NCBI GenBank assembly: GCA_002719095.1
Contig: PBGO01000024.1
Location: forward strand, 1-62,528
Reading direction: 5' to 3'
DNA: 62,528 nt
Origin: Fidelibacterota bacterium
GTDB lineage: Bacteria > Fidelibacterota > Marinisomatia > SCGC-AAA003-L08 > D37C17
The position numbers and the translations under genes were made by a program. This document shows positions 56,815 to 62,528 of this stretch, piece by piece (position 1 is the first letter of the stretch; each line of letters begins with the position of its first letter). The notes beneath the pieces were generated by a model. The model saw only the letters and a list, made by a program, of their open reading frames with translations. It had not been told where the DNA came from and did no database searches.

Positions 56815-57546
56815 TAACAATAATTTATTTTTAAGCTTATTAAAATTAAAAATTTTCACTCTTTCAATTGATAAATAGACGGAAGAATTTATATTATTTT
56901 TTGATTTTTTGAAGTCTTCGAATTCGTATCCTAGTATAATGTTAAAATCTTTTTTAATCTGAAAAAAAAGTTCCAAGGAAATCTCTATCCTTGATAAATC
57001 ATCTAATTTGATATCTGTTATTTGTATATAATCTTCAATTTCTAATTTTATCTCATAAGAATCAAAATCTTGATCCCAATAAACGCCTGTTTTGAAGTAT
57101 GAGGTTTTAGAAGAATCATTTAGATAATCACTAACATCATATGCTATTCCAATCTCAGTGTTTAAATGTGCATTTTTATTTTTCTTTAGGAAATAACCAA
57201 ACCCTTGATTACCGTGATATCTTACATTAACTCCAATTTTGGTATTTTGGTCGATTGCAATTGTTGTGTAATTATACATATTTTTTAAATCTAAAAATTT
57301 TCTACTATTTTTGTATCTAATCTTCTGATAAGTATTGTTTTCAATTAGATGAATGTATATTCTTAAGTCTCTAAAAGTATAATCAGTAGTTCTTTTTAGT
57401 CTTAAGTATCCACCAAAGCCATAGTTATGTTCTTCATTAACAATGAAAGTTCCTCTGTGGTACCTTTTCCATTCTGGATCTGATTCAATATTGTGGGAAC
57501 ATAAAATTGAAAGAAAAAAAAATAAAAAATATATATTGAACCTCAT
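56785..57546 (-). CDS. Putative outer-membrane beta-barrel protein (DUF481-like pattern)
   Basis: A signal peptide is followed by alternating-hydrophobicity strands rich in Y/G/D. Its 3' end overlaps the convergent OPT gene by 30 nt. Confidence 0.45.
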   Translation of the reverse strand: MRFNIYFLFFFLSILCSHNIESDPEWKRYHRGTFIVNEEHNYGFGGYLRLKRTTDYTFRDLRIYIHLIENNTYQKIRYKNSRKFLDLKNMYNYTTIAIDQNTKIGVNVRYHGNQGFGYFLKKNKNAHLNTEIGIAYDVSDYLNDSSKTSYFKTGVYWDQDFDSYEIKLEIEDYIQITDIKLDDLSRIEISLELFFQIKKDFNIILGYEFEDFKKSKNNINSSVYLSIERVKIFNFNKLKNKLLLLSRSVPKPK

Positions 57547-59822
57547 TTTATGATTGCCAACTTTGCGACGTTCGTTTTACTGTGTTCATTTTTTACAACA
57601 ATGAAATAAATTCCTGTATCGAAATTAGATAAATCAGTAAATGTAACTTTACTTTCGTTGTATGGGATTTGATTTTTTTTTAATACTCTGCCATCAATTG
57701 TCATAACAACTACCTCAGTTCCGTACGATATGTTGTCAATCTCTAATAAAGAATGTTCATTTAATATAAATGGGTTTGGAGAGATCCTAATTCTTTCACT
57801 AATTGGATTATTTGAAAAAGGAACATCAAAAACTGAAAGTCCTTTTTCAGATGATAAAAAAACTCTCCCATTTTCATAGTCAAATGCCACATCTGTTAGA
57901 TTATCTGTTTTTAAATCACTGTTTTGAGCTGTAATTCCATCTTGAGATGGCCAAAAACTTAAATCATTTTTTATAACTCTAAGACCACTGTGATTTGTTA
58001 TAATCCAAACGTTATTGCTAGGATCTACGCGAATTTTGTCTCCTTTTTGAAAAGGTATATTTGTAAAAAAATCGATTGGATAAACTGGGTCAATTCTGTT
58101 ACCTGTTATGCTATATCCTTGAACACCATTACTTGTAAGCATCCATAAAATATCCTTGTTCTCAAATTTACCAAAATCTAAAGACCAAACATTTACATTC
58201 CTGTCATCTCCAGGAAGAGAATCAAGATTTTCGATATTAATCCAATTACCATCTAGCGTAACTAGTTTTATTCCACCGCTTGAGTAAAGATTGCCGTCAA
58301 TGGTTGATTCATTTCTAAATCCAATCCAAATTCTTCCCCATTGATCAAAAGAAATCTCTTGTGGCAAATAAGAAATATTGTCTTGAGCAGTAATTGAGTT
58401 CCAAGTAAAATCTGAAGTGTTAAAATATTTTAATATTTTTCTTTCAGTTTCAGAGTAGGGGTTTACAATCCATATGTTATTGTAGTCATCTTTCAAAACT
58501 TGGTTTATAGTTAAATAGCCGTTTGATAAGTCATTATAATAAATACCATCTAGCCCTTCGAGCTGATCAGAACTAATAATATCAATTAAGTCTTTTGCAA
58601 CCGGATCAATTAAAATTAAACCCCCCTTATTATCTTCATCAGGCAATATCCCACTATTTGGGATGAATAGGGTGTTATTATGAGCAACAAGACCTGAAGA
58701 AATCTTACTGCCTGGTACGTAATCAAGTTGAGTGGCATTAAAATTATTACAATCTGTGTTCACAATATAAAAAGATGAATCAAAGTTGTTTGAAAGAAAA
58801 TTTTCAAATATTGAACCATCATAGCTAAAAGCTCCTTTTCTTGAAACTCCGTATAAAATACCATCATTGAAAGTCAATGATTCAATATTCGAACTCAAAA
58901 GCGTATTTGGTGAACATTTTTGAATATTTGTATTTAAAATCCATAATCCTTGATCAATATGTGATAAATAAATTATATCTTCTTTAACAAGGATAGATGA
59001 AGCTTTTGAAAGCGATAATTCATATTCTGAAGAAAATTGATGATTTTGATTTATTTTTAATATCCCGCTACCATGAAGTATATACAATTCAAAATCGTTA
59101 TAGTTAAATGAGTCTATGAAATCTATTGCAGGAACTTGTATGTCAGGATTAGCATTGAAGGCATAATTCTCATCCATAATTCTAATACCATCATCACATA
59201 TTGCAAATAATTGACCATTAAATACAATAACATCTAACAAAGATGTACTGTCAAAATATTTTGTCCAACTTGAATTATTTTTAAGATTTTGATCTAAATT
59301 TCCAACATATAATCCATTATTTGACTGAATATAAATTTTATTTTGAAATACAATCGACTTTGAAAAAGTTGTTCCAAAAGAAGCGAAACCGTCATAGTAA
59401 TCTTGATAAGTTAGCTGATCATTAGAGTAGCTTATTTCAATGACGCCATGAACTTCGTTTTTTTCATATAGCATAAAGACTGAATTATTATAAAAATTGA
59501 TGTGGTAAGCAGAATCTAATATTAAATGATTTAAAACTAAATTATCAGAATGATTTCTGAGAGTTCCATTTTCACAAAGAATCCAAAAATCATCGTTGAT
59601 TATTTCAAAGTCACTTATGTTGCAATCAATATTATCAATATTAGGAATATTAAATTTTCTTAAAATAGTATTAAACTCTGTCAAAACACCATTGTTTTGA
59701 GCATAAATATTATCTTGATTAAAAATTATTTTTTCAAAACCAAGATTAGAATGTATGTTCTGCCAATTTGTAGGTGAACTAGCTATTTTTAAACATAATA
59801 GAAATATCAATGCAATTGACAA
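57543..59822 (-). CDS. Secreted beta-propeller protein with T9SS (Por) C-terminal sorting domain
   Basis: The signal peptide is followed by repeated propeller-like blades (NNIWIVNPY, GRIWIGF, NNVWIITNHSGL). The last roughly 80 aa (ISPNPFILNE..IDGRVL..GIYFIVVKNE..KLAIIK) fit the T9SS C-terminal sorting domain pattern. Confidence 0.7.
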   Translation of the reverse strand: MSIALIFLLCLKIASSPTNWQNIHSNLGFEKIIFNQDNIYAQNNGVLTEFNTILRKFNIPNIDNIDCNISDFEIINDDFWILCENGTLRNHSDNLVLNHLILDSAYHINFYNNSVFMLYEKNEVHGVIEISYSNDQLTYQDYYDGFASFGTTFSKSIVFQNKIYIQSNNGLYVGNLDQNLKNNSSWTKYFDSTSLLDVIVFNGQLFAICDDGIRIMDENYAFNANPDIQVPAIDFIDSFNYNDFELYILHGSGILKINQNHQFSSEYELSLSKASSILVKEDIIYLSHIDQGLWILNTNIQKCSPNTLLSSNIESLTFNDGILYGVSRKGAFSYDGSIFENFLSNNFDSSFYIVNTDCNNFNATQLDYVPGSKISSGLVAHNNTLFIPNSGILPDEDNKGGLILIDPVAKDLIDIISSDQLEGLDGIYYNDLSNGYLTINQVLKDDYNNIWIVNPYSETERKILKYFNTSDFTWNSITAQDNISYLPQEISFDQWGRIWIGFRNESTIDGNLYSSGGIKLVTLDGNWINIENLDSLPGDDRNVNVWSLDFGKFENKDILWMLTSNGVQGYSITGNRIDPVYPIDFFTNIPFQKGDKIRVDPSNNVWIITNHSGLRVIKNDLSFWPSQDGITAQNSDLKTDNLTDVAFDYENGRVFLSSEKGLSVFDVPFSNNPISERIRISPNPFILNEHSLLEIDNISYGTEVVVMTIDGRVLKKNQIPYNESKVTFTDLSNFDTGIYFIVVKNEHSKTNVAKLAIIK

Positions 59823-59824
59823 TA

Positions 59825-60280
59825 CTAACCTTTAATTTTGTTATAAATACGCAAAACTCCCAAAGCAGCTTCCATTGCTTCTCTTCCTTTATTAGAATTA
59901 TTTTTCTTTGAGCGTTCAAGAGCTTGTTTCATGTCATCAGTTGTAAGTATACCAAAACCAATAGGAATATCATAGTTTAAAATCATTTTCATTAAGGCTC
60001 TTGATGTTTCGGTAGCGATATAATCATAATGCTTTGTTTGTCCCTTAATGATGCATCCCAAAGCTACTATTAAATCAGCTTTATTTTTTTTTAATATTTG
60101 AGATACTACTCCAGGTATTTCAAAAGCACCTGAAACTTTAAATATATCTATATTATTTTTTGATCCACCAGAATTAATAAAACACTCAATAGCTGAATCC
60201 AACAGAGAATCTGTAATAATTGGATTAAATTCACTAACAACAATACTTAATCTGGTATCTTGAATATTAATCATTACCAA
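59825..60280 (-). CDS. ribH: 6,7-dimethyl-8-ribityllumazine synthase
   Basis: The sequence contains VSGAFEIPGV, GCIIKGQTKHYDYI and IGFGILT. Confidence 0.9.
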   Translation of the reverse strand: MVMINIQDTRLSIVVSEFNPIITDSLLDSAIECFINSGGSKNNIDIFKVSGAFEIPGVVSQILKKNKADLIVALGCIIKGQTKHYDYIATETSRALMKMILNYDIPIGFGILTTDDMKQALERSKKNNSNKGREAMEAALGVLRIYNKIKG

Positions 60281-61487
60281 GCTCTGATAAGAAGTGACCT
60301 AACTTATCTCTTTTAGTTTTTAGATATTTTTCATTTGCTGAATTTGATTTTATTTCAATTGATTCTCGACCAGTGATTAACAAATCATAACCCTCTAAAC
60401 CGATGATTTTTTTTGGATTATTTGTAAGCAGCTTCATTTTCTTTACACCACACTCTTTTAAGATCTGGGCTCCTATTCCATACTCGCGTAAATCAGAAGA
60501 GAAACCTAATTTATGGTTTGCCTCAACAGTATCTAGTCCTTGATCTTGTAATTGATAAGCTAAAATTTTATTTTTAAGACCTATCCCTCTTCCTTCCTGT
60601 CTTAGATAAACAAGAACACCGGAATCACATTTAGAAATTTTTTCTAATGCACTCACTAGTTGTGGGCCACAGTCACATCTTAATGATGCAAGTAAATCAC
60701 CAGTAAGGCATTGAGAATGGACTCTTACCAAAGGTTCTTTTTCTGAATTTACTTCACCTTTGATAAGAGCAATATGATGATCTCCATGTATTTTATCTTC
60801 GAAAAGCTTCATTTTAAATTCACCAAATTTTGTTGGCAAAGGAATGTCAACAATCTCCTCAACTAACTTTTCTTTTTTTCTTCTATACTCAATTAAATCA
60901 GCAATGGATATAATTAATAAGTCATGAATCTTAGCAATTTCCTTCAACTTATCCATACGAGCCATCGTACCGTCTTCATCGACAATTTCCACTAAAAGAG
61001 CCATAGGATTATGCCCTGCAAGCCTACATAAGTCAGTACACGCTTCTGTATGCCCAGCTCTTTGAAGAACTCCACCATCCTTAGCTATTAGAGGAAACAT
61101 ATGTCCTGGACGCACTAAATCAGATGGTAAGGAATTATCATCGAGCAGCACTTGTAAAGTTTGCCATCTGTCTTTAGCTGAAATTCCAGTTGTGATTTTA
61201 TCCTTAGCATCAACACTGACTGTAAAGTTGGTTCTCATGCTCTCTGTATTATTTTCAACCATAGGTGCTAATTCTAGTGATTTAGCTTTTTGTGAAGTTA
61301 AGGAAGTACAGATTAAGCCTCTCCCATATTTCATCATAAAATTTATATCTTCTGGCGTTGCTTTTTCTCCAGATATGATAAAGTCTCCCTCATTTTCTCT
61401 GTTTTCATCATCAACAACTATAAGCATTGATCCTTTCTTGAAATCGTTTATTGCTTTTTCAATCAAATTTATTTTGTTCTTATCCAA
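60267..61487 (-). CDS. ribBA: Bifunctional 3,4-dihydroxy-2-butanone-4-phosphate synthase / GTP cyclohydrolase II
   Basis: DDENRENEGD and HTEA mark the DHBP synthase half. VRVHSQCLTGD, CDCG and EGRGIGL mark the GCH II half. Confidence 0.9.
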   Translation of the reverse strand: MDKNKINLIEKAINDFKKGSMLIVVDDENRENEGDFIISGEKATPEDINFMMKYGRGLICTSLTSQKAKSLELAPMVENNTESMRTNFTVSVDAKDKITTGISAKDRWQTLQVLLDDNSLPSDLVRPGHMFPLIAKDGGVLQRAGHTEACTDLCRLAGHNPMALLVEIVDEDGTMARMDKLKEIAKIHDLLIISIADLIEYRRKKEKLVEEIVDIPLPTKFGEFKMKLFEDKIHGDHHIALIKGEVNSEKEPLVRVHSQCLTGDLLASLRCDCGPQLVSALEKISKCDSGVLVYLRQEGRGIGLKNKILAYQLQDQGLDTVEANHKLGFSSDLREYGIGAQILKECGVKKMKLLTNNPKKIIGLEGYDLLITGRESIEIKSNSANEKYLKTKRDKLGHFLSELGND

Positions 61488-61494
61488 TATTTTC

Positions 61495-62088
61495 TCATTT
61501 TTGTTTAATTAACATTTTTTCAACATATTTAGCAATTATATCTGTCTCAATATTAACAATATCATTAGTTGAAATTAAACCAAAAGTCGTATGCGATAAA
61601 GTATGAGGAATAATCCAAATATCAATAATATTTTCTTCTATTCTAGCAATCGTTAAAGATACTCCATTAATAGCAATTGAACCCTTATGAATACAATATT
61701 TTAACAAATCATCAGATATTTTAATTTTTACTATGAAATTTTCTTCTTCTTTGATGATTTTTACAACTAATCCAGTTCCCTCAATATGGCCTTGAACTAT
61801 ATGTCCATCAAATCTTGAACTTGCACTCATAGCTTTTTCTAAATTGACATTATCCCCCACGCTAAGATATTTTAAATTAGTTTTATTTATAGTTTCTAGA
61901 ACAACATCAGCGTTAAATATTTTATTATCTACTGAAGTTACTGTTAAGCAAACTCCATTGATAGAAATACTATCACCAACGGAAGTTCCATCTAAAAAAC
62001 TACCAGCAGTAACTGCTAACTTGATAGATTTATCGCATTTTTTAACACTATCTATTTTACCAATACCTTGAACTATTCCTGTGAACAT
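61495..62088 (-). CDS. ribE: Riboflavin synthase
   Basis: MFTGIVQGIG is present, and the Lum-binding repeats are duplicated (GDSISINGVCLTV and GSIAINGVSLTI). Confidence 0.9.
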   Translation of the reverse strand: MFTGIVQGIGKIDSVKKCDKSIKLAVTAGSFLDGTSVGDSISINGVCLTVTSVDNKIFNADVVLETINKTNLKYLSVGDNVNLEKAMSASSRFDGHIVQGHIEGTGLVVKIIKEEENFIVKIKISDDLLKYCIHKGSIAINGVSLTIARIEENIIDIWIIPHTLSHTTFGLISTNDIVNIETDIIAKYVEKMLIKQK

Positions 62089-62528
62089 AATATTTCCTTT
62101 TCGTAAACTTGTAATTCATCAGAACCAAGCATAATTGAATTCTTTAGCTTCCAATTATTATTTATTACTATTGGATTACGTAAAGTTGCATCTTTTATTT
62201 CGTTTTCCGAAGTGTAAATATAAAGTTCATCAATAATATTTAGACAATCCAATGAGCTTATAATTTTTGGACCACTTTCAACTAAGACAGAAGTAATTCC
62301 TTCATTTGCAACTTTTGCAAAAATTTCGTTGAAATCAAGCAAACCATTTACCTCTTTAACTGGTATGAATTTAGTATTTTTAACGCTATTTTTTTTAAAT
62401 TTTTCGTTAGAACAAAAAACTAAATTATTTACCTCATCATCAACATAAATTTTCAAGTCAAGAGGTAATGTTCGATTAGTGTCAATAACTATTCTTTTGG
62501 GATTAACACCTACAACTTCTCTAACTGT
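62073..62528 (-). CDS. ribD: Riboflavin biosynthesis protein RibD, C-terminal reductase domain (5' part lies beyond the window)
   Basis: The frame stays open to the window edge (TVREVVGVNPKRIVIDTNRTLPLDLKIYVDDE...). The sequence has the typical RibD_C pattern and precedes ribE-ribBA-ribH. Confidence 0.75.
   Translation of the reverse strand, partial: TVREVVGVNPKRIVIDTNRTLPLDLKIYVDDEVNNLVFCSNEKFKKNSVKNTKFIPVKEVNGLLDFNEIFAKVANEGITSVLVESGPKIISSLDCLNIIDELYIYTSENEIKDATLRNPIVINNNWKLKNSIMLGSDELQVYEKEILCSQE

Overview
The window is AT-rich and very gene-dense, and most genes sit on the minus strand. Many neighbouring genes overlap by 1-17 nt at their stop and start codons. I saw no rRNA, CRISPR array, transposase, integrase or phage genes.

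Most of the content is housekeeping:
- Repair and central metabolism: recN (partial), nnr, acpS, secG-tpiA-pgk, folK-folB, lepB, ggt, folD.
- Translation block: zapA-pheT-pheS-rplT-rpmI-infC-thrS.
- Other core genes: ctp, tmk, rsmI, cdsA, rlpA, pyrD, groES-groEL, dut, ispG, ribD-ribE-ribBA-ribH.
- Six tRNAs: Leu-GAG, Val-GAC, Gly-GCC, Cys-GCA, Leu-TAA and Ala-GGC.

Lineage hints point to a marine member of the Fibrobacteres-Chlorobi-Bacteroidetes (FCB) superphylum, Bacteroidota- or Marinimicrobia-like. These hints are a type IX secretion system (T9SS) C-terminal sorting domain, a TonB-dependent receptor behind a thiamine pyrophosphate (TPP) riboswitch, a long-form IspG, and lat plus an ALDH7-type dehydrogenase. 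Clear Shine-Dalgarno sequences are present.

Observations most worth follow-up:
1. A tightly coupled seven-gene cluster (33509-40059) that I cannot assign to any characterised system. It encodes a GlmL/MutL-like actin-fold (ASKHA) ATPase, a barrel-sandwich plus KOW-like protein, and five membrane proteins. It lies between cdsA and the lysine-catabolic pair pcd-lat.
2. A secreted protein gene (44897-45985) interrupted by a single in-frame TGA. A hairpin with a GGUC loop starts 18 nt after the TGA, so this is a candidate Cys-Gly-Sec selenoprotein. It is translationally coupled to a rhodanese gene and a MauE/DoxX gene.
3. A lineage-specific DxNxNGxWDxGE calcium-loop-like tandem repeat inserted in two unrelated envelope proteins, a PpiD-like chaperone and the Ctp protease. 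Transmembrane (TM) hairpins are also inserted in LepB and in the PpiD-like protein.
4. A TPP riboswitch whose P1 helix covers the start codon of a TonB receptor gene, followed by a sodium:solute symporter (SSS) gene.
5. rnhB split by a frameshift in an A11 tract.

All functional calls come from reading motifs by eye. No database search was run.
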